This document shows, one piece after another, positions 1 to 12,630 of a stretch of DNA of 64,000 bases. The position numbers and the translations under genes were made by a program. This stretch comes from Octopus vulgaris. Its lineage: Eukaryota. How positions within the stretch are numbered: the stretch's first letter is position 1; every line of letters starts with the position of its first letter. The notes below the pieces were generated by a model. It did not search any database. It was not told the origin of the DNA and saw nothing but the letters and a program-made list of their open reading frames with translations. The stretch is taken from NCBI GenBank assembly GCA_951406725.2, contig OX597824.1:40672001-40736000 (forward strand). Direction: 5' to 3'.

Positions 1-1703
1 ATTAAAACAAATGTTAATGGAGACAGTTTGCTTTTTTTAATAACAGAAATCATTATCGTTATCATTTTAATGTCCAAATTTCCATGCTTGCATGGGTTGG
101 ACATAATTAGGCAGACTTTCAATGACTGGATGCCTTTCCTGTTGCCAACTGTCACTTATTTTCAAGTTAAGTACTATTTCCTCATAGCCAGATAGGTTTC
201 ACAGAATACTGAAGAAGACAAGTGAAACCATAGTCGTGGTCGTTGCCAGTGTCATGTAAATGGTTGGCATTAGAAAGAGCATCCAGTCAAACCATCTAAC
301 CCATGCCAGCATGGAAAGTAGACACTAAATGATGATAATGATGATGATCTAATGTCAAGACAAGGAGATACCAACACACACAGATGAGGCCTTTCAGTTT
401 CTGTCTACCAAATCTACTCACAAGGCTTTGGACAGTTTGGGAGCTATAGGTGATACATGCCCAAGTGTGACAGTGGAGTTGAACCCAAAACCATGTGGTT
501 GGAAAGCAAACATCTTAAACATACAGCCACTCCTGCACTTGCGTGGTTAATATGACTCAAACTGGTAAGTCAAGCAGCAAATGTGTTCTATTGTTAAATT
601 CATTGTTCCTTCAACAGTCTTCAGCAGGATGTATATAATAAAATCATAGCTTTTAATTATATCTTCCATCGACACTAAGTGATATTTCTTAATGCCTGAT
701 CTGCAGCTTGTAGTTATGGAAACATTCTAGTTCTATTCAGTAATTAAATACAAGATTTATTATTAAATGTCACTACCAGATAACAGATCAAATCTTTCTG
801 AAGCTCATTTAATAGCCCGTGGTTCTATATGAATTTCATTTGCTTCCACAAACTGCACTCCTTCAGCCTTAATTTCATTTTGAGCTCAAGGCATACTTCA
901 AAAAGAACTTCACCTGATAACTCATTTTGTAATTATTTAAACCTACGTGAAACATTTCTTTAATAATAATGGACACACAAGCATGACTATGTAGTTATAA
1001 TGTTCACTTCAGAACCATCTGCTTTTAGGTTCAATATCACACAGCATAACGCTTTAGACACATTTTTTCTACAACAACTGCAAATTGACGAAAGTCTTGT
1101 GGACGAAGTTTTGAAGGCAGAAGCTCATCAAAGAATGACCTGTGCCAGTAGCATGTAAAAAGTACCCAGCACACTCCATTAAGTGGTTGGCATTAGGAAG
1201 GGAATCCAGCAGTAGAAACCATGCTACAACAGACAATTGGAGTCTGGACAGCTCCCTGCTAGTCAGCTCCATGTCAAAACAGTCCAACCCATGCCAGCAT
1301 GGAAAGCAGATGTTAAATGATAATGACGATGATGTATTTAGTTAAATAACATAATTGATTAAACTCTTGAAGACAAGAGTCACAGCATGGCTGCAATCCA
1401 AAAAGTGAAACCAATAATAAAAGAATTGCTTTTGAAATATATTGACTTAAGATTAGAGATTTTCCCTGGTGGTTGACTGTTTGACCTTAACTCCATCCTG
1501 CTGGAAAGAATTGCTTAGGAATGAATAATTTAATTTTTCGACCATTTTTTTTCTTCTTTTCAACAAGTTAATGCCAGCATGGAAAACGGATGTTATAGGA
1601 TGATGAAGTCACCATCAAGCTTCAGAATTGCATAGTAAAATACATTACTAATACAATATCAATTCTTAATATTTTTAAGAGGTTCAATAGCTGTGATGTT
1701 TAA

Positions 1704-1905
1704 CCCATTTTGTTACTATATTTCTATTTAAATGCACTGCCTTTGTTTCAATTCATTTTGAAAATAATGAAGAATTCAGTAAATTAGTTTTGTCATGATT
1801 AAGCTACTGTTTGGAACATAAATTAACATGAAATTTTAATGAAAGGTTTTAATTAAGATCAATTTAAAACAAAGTTTGTGTCTCAGGGGCAATCTTAGGT
1901 TGGGG
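1704..1905. mobile_element. TTAA-flanked MITE (piggyBac-like), diverged copy
   Basis: TTAA|CCC...GGG|TTAA ends; internal sequence similar to 54211-54430. Confidence 0.65.
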
Positions 1906-2251
1906 TTAATAGTAAAAGGCTTAAGGTCATTAATTTAATTTAAATCTTAATGCATTCGCTGTGTTGTGTTGCTAGGCAAAGCATATAACTCAATGTACCT
2001 CAGATTCCTGGCTGACCACATTAGCAAGAGCATCTGTGTGTACGAACCATCCATTCATACATACACACAAACATTGTCAAAATGACCTTATCAAAGCTAA
2101 ACACAATGGGCACAACATGACTGATACAATAAAAGTTATTTTATACACTGCCTTATCTTGAAATAATCAGTGATTACGATAAAAGAAAAAAAAAAGAGAA
2201 AAATGAAAATTTAGTATATTTTAGAAAAGAAAACAAGGAAAATCAAAATAC

Positions 2252-2369
2252 CTTTCTGTTTTCCAGCAATTGTCTGTGATTGTGTTGCCACAGCATAAGG
2301 ACTGGATAAAACATGTTCTTCTGTTACTGAACCCACAGCTTTTGATTGGATCATTTTATTTTCCCAGGA
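2252..2369 (-). CDS. GTF2A1: TFIIA large subunit, coding exon 3 (SWENKMIQSKAVGSVTEEHVLSSPYAVATQSQTIAGKQK)
   Basis: tttatttcaag| acceptor, |gtattt donor, 118 nt, phase 0-1; WENKMIQSKAV matches the conserved WENKLMQSRAV motif. Gene continues past position 1. Confidence 0.93.
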
Positions 2370-4131
2370 CTTGAAATAAATAAATTAGAATTCTAACATA
2401 TCTCTACAGGCTTATAGTGAAACAAACATTCAAAACAAAAATCTGTACAAAATGATGGAAAGTAGTTGGAACACAAATTGATTATCCTCATCCACCAACT
2501 ACCATACTATAACTTGTTTAACATAACCATGTATATTGTCCAACCAGCTGGACAACGGACATTAAGTGATGATAATAGGTCATCAAATCAAAAATATCAG
2601 GTGTGACAATAAGGATAGCTACCCAGACATCACTCAAGTGATGCCATGACAAATGAATTAATGTGTATTAAATGTCAGCTCCCTAACTAGAATGCTTTTG
2701 GTACTCAACCATTGGAATAGGTAGCACTATGATAAAGACACATTCTTGTGATTACCATGGAAACAAGCTGGATATGCCAGTCAGCAAGACAAAACATGGT
2801 CGTTACAGACATTCAAAAATAAATTGCAAATACAGGTGGAATAATCGAATATTTTCTGGACTAATATAAAGGACTCCAGCATTATTTATCAAATACTTTG
2901 TGCTTAATCACCAAAAACTGGTCCTTCCAGGTCAAACTTTGAAGCCAGTCCACAGTCCATTAGTTCAAAATTGTATGCACATGTGTGTGTGTCTGAGTGA
3001 GGTCAGTATAAGATTTGCTTTTATGTCTTCTCATGCAGATCTGTCTTTGGTTGCAAACAATGTCAACCCTCTCAACCAAAATGTGAATAAAAATGATAAG
3101 GAATAGAAGGTAGCATAAAAGTGATAGGGGTGAAGACTTCTGGAGAATACAGACACAAGCATGATTATGTGGCTAATAAATGTGCTTCACAACCACTTGG
3201 TTTCTGGCTCAGTCCCCCTTTGAGGAACTTTGGACAAATGTCTTTTACTCTTGCCCTGGGCAACCAATACCTTGCTAGTGTATTTGAAAGATGGGAACTG
3301 TGGGCATGCAAGTGTGCATGAATGTTGATATTTTGCTTGTCACTGTTTAAGCAAATAGCAGAGATGTTTATATTCCTTGTTGATATTATGACTAATTACT
3401 CAACACTTTTGAAGGCCTGTAGAATAAAAAAAAATTCCTAACTTGAAAATAGGTGAGAGTTAGCGACAGGAAAAGATTTTGGTTGTAAAATCCTGCCTCA
3501 AATCAATTCCTTTCCCAACCATGCTAGCATGGGAAAATGGACATTAAATAAACAAATGATTAACATGGATTGTAGTGAATTCAGAGTGCAGGATAACAGT
3601 GACTTCTTGACATATCAGAACAATATTTTTGTTGTTATTATTATTATGTCTTAATGAGAGGAAGAAGGGCAATAGGTATGACCTCTACAGGTTCTTCTGG
3701 GTTGGGGGGGGGGTCAAAGGAAGAAAGAAACAACTCATGGGTTGCTGTAACAGGAAACAGCATATTATCAAATTATCTATGTTCAGATGGGAGAGATGAT
3801 GCAAAAGTTTTCAATAGAAGGGCATGTGTTTCTTTTTTTTTTTCCAAGATTATGAACAAAATTAAGTGAAGTAAATGACTTTCTTCTATTTTATAAACTT
3901 TTTTTTATCAGTTTCAGTTAGTAGACTACCTTCTAAGGTACAGTTGATTACATTCAGCCCAGTATTTTATTAACAGGCATTTGTCTTGGAAAGATGATAC
4001 AGAATGTAACCAAATACAACAATGTATTTTGTTGGGTGCTCTACTGATTCTGCCATGTACCCACCATAAAAGATACTGAAATAATTTATGGGATAAATAA
4101 AGATAAGAAACTCTAAAAATGTGACTAATAC

Positions 4132-4233
4132 CTGTCGTAATTCTTGCAAAATCTGTTCATCGACACCTTCATCCAAAAAGGCTTCCCGTACACTGGTTAT
4201 TACATCATCCACAACTGTCTTATAAAGTTTAGG
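4132..4233 (-). CDS. GTF2A1: TFIIA large subunit, coding exon 2 (PKLYKTVVDDVITSVREAFLDEGVDEQILQELRQ)
   Basis: tttgcag| acceptor, |gtatta donor, 102 nt, phase 0-0; translation is the conserved TFIIA alpha N-terminal helical domain (PKLYRSVIEDVINDVRDIFLDDGVDEQVLMELK in vertebrates). Confidence 0.97.
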
Positions 4234-4869
4234 CTGCAAAAGAAAGATGTTAAATTAGTGAGCATACACTTCTCATTTCATCAAAAATACTAGAAATAAT
4301 TTAAGGTATACAAGCCATCACAATATGGCTAACCACTAAGGGTGGGTGTTACTGTAGCTTGTAGCCCCAGGAGAACATCGTCTCCAGCTGGCTTTAGGCA
4401 CACTTTCTGTGCCCTTATGGTATTTGCAAAGGGAGGTCATCCCTCCCTCATCAACCTAAGTGATACGCACGGACTGCAGTTTCTAGATATTTTCCTGTCT
4501 TCAGCATACGGCAATCACCGGTTTTCAATGAAGGGAGTCCCAATGCAAATCCTTATATATCGTTTTTCCAGTAACTTTTCGTCAAATAATTCTTTTATGG
4601 TTAACATATTGGACAAGTAATAACACAGTCACAAGTTCAAACTTCTACAGCCATCGGGATATGTCTGTTTAAAACACAACTCTATCCACCTCAGCATACC
4701 TTACTAACAAATTGATTTCGTATTTATGTAGTTGGATGATCAACAGTTACTAGGACATCCACCCACAAAACAATTTGTTAATCAAATACTCTTAATAATG
4801 TAAAATATTCCGCCACAGAAATAAGTCACCTCAGTTCACACAGTATCATGGCACAGTATTATATATAGC

Positions 4870-5260
4870 TTTTATTTGTTTCAGTCATTTGACTGTAGCC
4901 ATGCAGAAGGACTGCCTTGAAGGGTTTTAGTCAAACAAATCAACCCCAGGACTTACTTTTTAAAACCTAGTACTTATTCTATCAGCCTCTTTTTGACAAA
5001 TCACTGAGTTACAGGGCTGGAAATACACCAACATTGGTTGTCAAGCAGTGGTGAGGGACAAAAACAGGCACAAAGACACACACACATAGATAAATACATA
5101 CGATGGACTTCTTTCAGTTTCTGTCTACCAAATCCACTCACAAGGCTTTGGTTAGCCCAAGGTTATAGAAGAAGACACTTGCTCAAGGTGCCACACAACA
5201 GGAATGAACCCAGAACCATATGGTTGGGAAGCAAGCTTCTTACTGCACAGGCACGCTTGC
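4870..5260 (-). mobile_element. tRNA-derived SINE family A (CORE-like, internal microsatellite)
   Basis: Homologous to many copies in the window; A/B-box-like head, CCTTGRGCAAG CORE-like block, tail ...tgactgaaacaaataaaa. Confidence 0.8.
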
Positions 5261-5752
5261 ACCGATTTATATATACACATGCACACATATAAGGTAGAAA
5301 AAATATTTGACATCACTAGCAGGATCTGAACGCTGCATTTCCTGTGAACCATGCAGCCATGCTAATCACAACACCTATGTCACATCAAAATTGTGACCAT
5401 CCAAATTAAAACAATGTAAGTAGCCATGATTACATGTACCAGTGGTCTATCAATGAGAATCTCAGTCCAAACAGTACCAAGCTACATTTAATATATATAT
5501 TGCCATACACATTCACTATCTTCCTTACAAAGGGGTCTAATGCTCTTAGCTTAGATTTTTTGGGGAGCAACCAGATCGAACCATCAAGTGTAACTGCTTG
5601 AAACGGTCGTGACTTCTGGGACTTGACCAAGGAAAGAAGGCCACGAATGACCCGTCTTTTTTTGCCTGTCCTAATTGCTGTTTCTCTTGTCTGCCTTTTA
5701 TAGTCTATCTGCCCAAATGTTTTATTGTGCTCTATTGCATTTTTATTCCATT

Positions 5753-5794
<42 letters not shown>

Positions 5795-5797
5795 ATA

Positions 5798-5950
5798 AGG
5801 CGTGGCTGTGTGGCAAGAAGCTTGCTTCCCAACCACATGGTTCTGGATTCAGTCTCACTGCATGGCACTTAGGGTAAGTGTCTTCTACTATAGCCTTGAG
5901 CTGAGGAAAGCCTTGTGGGTGAATTTGAAAGATGGAAACTGAAAGAAGCT
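5798..5950 (+). mobile_element. SINE family A, 5' half (3' half at about 9295-9520)
   Basis: aggcgtggctgtgtggcaagaagcttgcttcccaaccacatggttctggattcag head ending at gaaactgaaagaagc before the TA run. Confidence 0.75.
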
Positions 5951-5968
5951 CATATATATATATATATA

Positions 5969-6282
5969 TCATCATCATCATCATCATCATCATCATTTAG
6001 CGTCCGTTCTCCATGCTAGCATGGGTTGGACGGTTCAACTGGGGTCTGTGAAGCTGGAAGGCTTCATCAGGCCCAGTCAGATCTAGCAGTGTTTCTACGG
6101 CTGGATGCCCTTCCTAACGCCAACCACTCCGTGAGTGTAGTGGGTGCTTTTTACGTGCCACCTGCACAGGTGCCAGACAGAGCTGGCAAACGGCCACGAA
6201 CGGATGGTGCTTTTACGTGTCACCGGCACGGGGCCAGGCGAGGCTGGCAACGGACACGAACGGATGGTGCTTTTACGTGCCA
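5969..6282 (-). mobile_element. RTE-clade LINE 3' end with (GAT)n tail
   Basis: (CAT)n followed by sequence homologous to the 3' UTR of the RTE fragment at 55735-56717. Confidence 0.8.
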
Positions 6283-6367
6283 CATATACATATACACACA
6301 TATATACACATACATATATACACATATATACACATACATATATACACATATATACACATACATATAT

Positions 6368-6404
<37 letters not shown>

Positions 6405-6469
6405 CATATATATATATATATATATAAATATATATATATACACATATATACACATACATATATACACAC

Positions 6470-6500
<31 letters not shown>

Positions 6501-6686
6501 CACATACATATATACACATATATATATATATATACATATATATATACACATACATATATACACATATATATATATACACATATATATATATACACATATA
6601 TACACATACATATATACACATATATATATATACACATATATACACATACATATATACACATATATATATATACACATATATACACA

Positions 6687-6719
<33 letters not shown>

Positions 6720-7110
6720 TATATACACATATATATATATACATATACATATATACATATACATATATACACATATATATATATACATATACATATATAC
6801 ACATATATATATACATATACATATATATATATACATATATACACATATATATATACATATATACACATATATATATATACACATATATATATACATATAT
6901 ACACATATATATATATACACATATACACATATATATATATACACATATATATACATATATATATATACATACATATATATATATACATACATACATATAT
7001 ATATATACATACATATATATATATACATACATATATATATATACATACATATATATATATACATACATATATATATACATACATATATATATACATACAT
7101 ACATATATAC

Positions 7111-7208
<98 letters not shown>

Positions 7209-7244
7209 ACATACATATATATAGATACATACATACATATATAC

Positions 7245-7278
<34 letters not shown>

Positions 7279-7323
7279 ACATACATATATATATATACAT
7301 ACATATATATATATACATACATA

Positions 7324-7361
<38 letters not shown>

Positions 7362-7464
7362 AATACATACATATATATATATATATACATACATACATAC
7401 ATATATATACATACATACATATATATACATACATACATATATATACATACATACATATATATAC

Positions 7465-7503
<39 letters not shown>

Positions 7504-7568
7504 CATATATATACATACATACATATATACACATACATACATATATATACATACATACATATATATAC

Positions 7569-7607
<39 letters not shown>

Positions 7608-7644
7608 CATACATATACATATATACATACATACATATATATAC

Positions 7645-7697
<53 letters not shown>

Positions 7698-7758
7698 CAT
7701 ATATATACATACATACATATATACACATACATACATATATACACATACATACATATAC

Positions 7759-7797
<39 letters not shown>

Positions 7798-8107
7798 CAT
7801 ATATATATATACATACATATATATATATACATACATATATATATACATACATATATATATACATACATATATATATACATACATATATATATACATACAT
7901 ATATATACACATACATATATATATACATACATATATATATACATACATATATATATACATACATATATATACACATACATATATATATACATACATATAT
8001 ATACACATACATATATATATACATACATATATATATACATACATATATATATACATACATATATATATACATACATATATATATACATACATATATATAT
8101 ACATACA

Positions 8108-8165
<58 letters not shown>

Positions 8166-8187
8166 CATACATATATATATACATACA

Positions 8188-8227
<40 letters not shown>

Positions 8228-8233
8228 CATACA

Positions 8234-8273
<40 letters not shown>

Positions 8274-8310
8274 CATACATATATATATACATACATATAT
8301 ATACACATAC

Positions 8311-8349
<39 letters not shown>

Positions 8350-8380
8350 CATACATATATATATACATACATATATATAC

Positions 8381-8412
<32 letters not shown>

Positions 8413-8444
8413 ATATACATACATATATATATACATACATATAT
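6283..8444. repeat. Compound (TA)n/(TACA)n/(CA)n microsatellite array, about 2.2 kb
   Basis: Directly visible; produces the spurious 730-813 aa Y/I/H/T and M/Y/V/C ORFs. Confidence 0.98.
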
Positions 8445-9268
8445 CATCATCATCATCATCATCATTTAACGTCCGCTTTCCATGCTAGCATGGGTTGGAC
8501 GGTTCAACTGGGGTCTGGGGAGCCCGAAAGCTGCACCAGTCCAGTCAGATCTGGCAGTGTTTCTACAGCTGGATGCCCTTCCTAACGCCAACCACTCCGA
8601 GAGTGTAATGGGTGATTTTATGTGCCACCGACACAGGTGCCAGACGAGGCTGGCAAACGGCCACGCTCGGATGGTGTTTTTTATGTGCCACCGACACAGG
8701 TGCCAGACGAGGCTGGCAGACGGCCACGCTCGGATGGTGTTTTTATGTGCCACCGACACAGGTGCCAGATGAGGCTGGCAAACGGCCACGATCGGATGGT
8801 GCTTGCTACGTGCCCACAGCACGGAGGCCAGTCGATGCGGCACCGGCTACGGCCACGTTCGGACGGTCCCCTTGTGTGCCACGTGCCACCGGCACTGGCA
8901 CCACAAAGATACAAATTCCATTGATGTTCATCTATTTTGATTTTTCACTTGCCTCAACAGGTCTTCACAAGTGTCACAAGAAGGAAGGTATGCACAGGTG
9001 GACTGACTACGTCCCAGGTAGGGGCCATGGGTTATGGCCTGACTAGTCTTGCCGGGTCTTCGGATGGTGTTTTTATGTGCCACCGACACAGGTGCTAGAT
9101 GAGGCTGGCGAACGGCCACGATCGGATGGTGTTTGTCATGTGCCCACCGCACTGATGGATTTCTTGTGTGCCACAAGATACAAATTCCATTGATGTTCAT
9201 CTATTTTGTCTATTTTGATTTGATTTGATTTGATTTTCACTTGCCTCAACCGGTCTTCACAAGTGTCA
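8445..9268 (-). mobile_element. RTE-clade LINE 3' UTR with internal ~60-nt tandem units and duplicated segments
   Basis: (CAT)n tail; repeated cacaggtgccagacgaggctggcaaacggccacgctcggatggtg units; CpG-rich, so probably young. Confidence 0.8.
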
Positions 9269-9294
9269 CATATATATATATATATACACACACG

Positions 9295-9520
9295 TTTGTA
9301 TCTATGTGTGTCTTTGTGTCTGTATTTGTCCCCACCATCATCGCTTGACAATCATTGTTGGTGTGTTTACGTTCCCATAACTTAATGGTTCAGCAAAGAG
9401 ACCAACAGAACAAGTACTAGGCTTAAAAAATAAGTCTTGGGGGTCAAATTGTTTGACAAAAGCAATTCAAGGCAATGCTCCAGCATGGCTGCAATCAAAT
9501 GACAAACAAGTAAAAGAATA
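9295..9520 (+). mobile_element. SINE family A, 3' half
   Basis: tgtcccaccatcatcgcttgacaa...cagcatggctgcaatcaaatgac...aagtaaaagaa matches the 3' halves of other copies. Confidence 0.75.
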
Positions 9521-10804
9521 TATAAAATACAGAACTTGCTATAGTTTCTATCTTCCAATTCACAGATAGCCAACTTGAGGCAATAAAAAACAACTGCCTG
9601 GAATACTATACACAGGAATGAACCTGAAACCACACAAGGCAAACAACTTAAGACATCATGCCTACAGTCATATCAATATATCTTTTCATGAAATTCATCC
9701 ATCAATCTGCCAATAAAAATATGTGTAGCTAAGATATCAATTTGTCCTCGAAAATCTATCTAAAGTAAATAGTGAAGAAGAAAAATATAATCCCATCCTC
9801 AGTGCAATGTTTCTCTTATTGGATTGGACAAAACAAATGCTAACAATGCATGCATGTATGGCAACACACAGATCACAAACACAAATGATGTCCTCAGTCA
9901 CTCGCAAATAGAAATCAATGTGAAAAGCTACACTGAGCTAATTACTGTTGGATAACCCTGGTCAACATTGACTGAACGTATGGCGATCAATCAAAAGATT
10001 AGGAATGAAGAGCAACTATACGAGTAATATATTGTGATTTTGTCTGACCTGGGATTAATTTCCATATTGTATTAACATGTGATTGATTGGGTAGGACAAT
10101 GACTAAGATACCATATAACAGTGAGTATAGATTACTATCATATTGCAAACTACATCTTGTTTAGATGGCCAGGTAGAACTTAAAAATAACAAACTTGCTT
10201 TTATTTCTCTAACCCCCTATAAAAGTCTTTCTTTCCAAAAGTTTCACACAAAAAATTAACCATACATGCTTTTTCTCCAAAATAGCATTATCCTTCTAGA
10301 AACAAATCTGTAGCAATTTCAAAACAATGTCACTCACTAACTTTACCCAGATGGCTCAAAGAACCTAACAATATATTGAACATTGTCCCTTCTGTCTCAG
10401 AAAACTAGAAATAACAATTTCACAGACTCATTTAATTTCATATGTCAACATATATAATAAAGTCAATGGTTAAAAAACCTTTAGTAGGAAAGTCTACATG
10501 AGCTCAACAAGTATATAGAAACAACACAGTCACCAATTCTTGAAGATATGAATTTAGGAATTTATTGTTCCAAAACCAACTGTAAAAAGCTAAAACAATA
10601 TGAAAAATTAACATGTAGCTATTAACATAAAAACCTAACCACTACAAATCAACATGCATATAACTGCTGATGTATGGAGTTAATGGTCAGGAAAAAAACC
10701 TTGGGTTGTAAAGCCTGCATAAATTCAAACAGGATACAAGAAACAAGACACAGCCCAAACATATTCAATTCTTGAAAATGAGACTTTCATGGTCTGGAAA
10801 TGCT

Positions 10805-11157
10805 TTTATTCTTTTATTTGTTTCAGTCATTTTGCCTGCGACTATGCTGAAGCACTGCCTTTAGTTGAGCAAATTGACCCCAAGACTTATTCTATTGGTC
10901 TCTTATGTTGAACCGCTAAGTTACGGGGGACGTAAACACACCAACATCGGTTGCCAAGCAATGTTGGGACACACACACACATATATATACACACGACAGG
11001 CTTCTTTCAGTTTCCGTCTACCAAATCCAGTCACAAGGCTTTGGTCGGCCCAAGGTTATAGTAGAAGACACTTGCCCAAGGTGCCACGCAGTGGGACTGA
11101 ACCTGGGACCATGTGGTTGGTAAGCAAGCTACTTACCACAAAGCCACTCCTGCACCT
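10805..11157 (-). mobile_element. SINE family A, near full length
   Basis: Both halves plus internal CA/TA run; retains CpGs. Confidence 0.85.
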
Positions 11158-12451
11158 ATGAATATGAATTTTGTAACTTTATCACTCCAAATCAGCTGTA
11201 AAAAACACTAATTAGAAAATACAAAAAATCTAAAATAAAAAGGATAAAACATGAACAGATTTTGTGAATTCAATGAAATATACACACACACATATATGGA
11301 TGAGACACAAGCTCAATGTCAACACCTGTGATAATCCTTAAAAAAAGAAACACCCACTGAAAACGAATCGATATTATAAAGAATTAGTATATAATAAGCA
11401 TCATGCGACAGCTAATTAGTATTTCATAGATATTGTTCAATGAGATTTTAGACTACTACTGCAGTAATTTGTTTAATAACATATGAATATATATCATAAG
11501 TTACATTAGAGGATAGAGAAAATTCAGACTTTCAACTATTTTTCAATAAATTCACCAGTACTTCTATCACCATTTCAGCATGGGTATCTCTTAATTATAG
11601 GTTACTTATTACATTACAATTAAGACAACTAAATGAAAACACCTCCCATTGGTTTAAATGCTTTTATGCATATTCTTAACCATTTAATTATTTCACAAAT
11701 ACAATTTTAGACAATACAAGGAAGTTCAGCAAGTAAAACAAGCAAATGAATGTTTTTAAAACCTTGATAACATCTTATTCATGAGTTTGGTGTATTTTTA
11801 AAGTTTATTTTACAGCCTTTGTAGCATTGACAAAATAAAAATAAAATTTTAAAAAACTGGGGAAGTTGTTTGAAGTCTGGCAGTGGGCAGAAGACATTAA
11901 CGAGAAAATAGTAAAAATATACACAAGTTTTGACAAGAGAGGGGGGGAAAAAAAATCAACACAATAGAATTAAGTTGTCATAGATAATAAAAAAAAACCC
12001 ACATAAGAGGAACTAAGGAAGACTAAAGCAGCAGCAAATATAAAGCTAACAGAAAACTCAGAGACAGACTTTAGCTAAAAGCCTACTATTGCTGATGAGT
12101 TTAGTTCTTTTGATATTAACCTGTCTGAGACCATCACAAGTTCTATGATATAAGCCTCTTGTTTTTAAAGTGATCTAAATTCAAACCATCAAAATTTCAA
12201 TGTTTATGTTCCAAACATCAGATCAATTATGACAAAGTTAATTTACTAAAATACAGTATAGTTTTCAGAATTATTGGAATAGAGGTAGTATAATTCTACA
12301 GAAATATAGTAACAAAACAGTTAAAGATTCTTAAAAGTTCATGCAAACTGTTTCACAGGACTATTGTAGTGTTTAAGAACAATGAAATCCTGCATAAGAA
12401 ACAAAGAATCATAGTGTGGTCAAAATAATGACAAGAAATAATAAACATAAA

Positions 12452-12630
12452 TCATCATCATCATCGTTTAACGTCAGTTTTCCATGCTAGCATGGGTTAG
12501 ATGGTTCGACCGGGGTCTGGGAAGCCAGGAGGCTGCACCAGGCTCCAGTCTGATCTGGCAATGTTTCTACAGCTGGACGCCCTTCCTAACGCCAACCACT
12601 CCGTGAGTGTAGTGGGTGCTTTTTACATGA
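12452..12630 (-). mobile_element. RTE LINE 3' terminal fragment
   Basis: (ATC)n-gtttaacgtc...catgctagcatgggtt...cttcctaacgccaaccactccg. Confidence 0.8.

Noticed and set aside
1999-2033. Possible 35-nt TFIIA exon 4 (DALANVVSQESE), AG/GT bounded and in phase with exon 3
   Set aside because: No polypyrimidine tract, weak donor and no recognisable homology; needs RNA-seq junctions.
3970-4239. 89-aa ORF as a complete TFIIA gene
   Set aside because: Only 4132-4233 is exon; the start and the tail after ELRQ are intronic.
6095-8585. Very long ORFs (730-813 aa) on both strands
   Set aside because: Translations of a TA/TACA microsatellite that cannot contain stops in most frames; not genes.
8620-8800. 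CRISPR-like spaced repeats
   Set aside because: Tandem units without unique spacers within an RTE 3' UTR; eukaryotic context, no cas genes.
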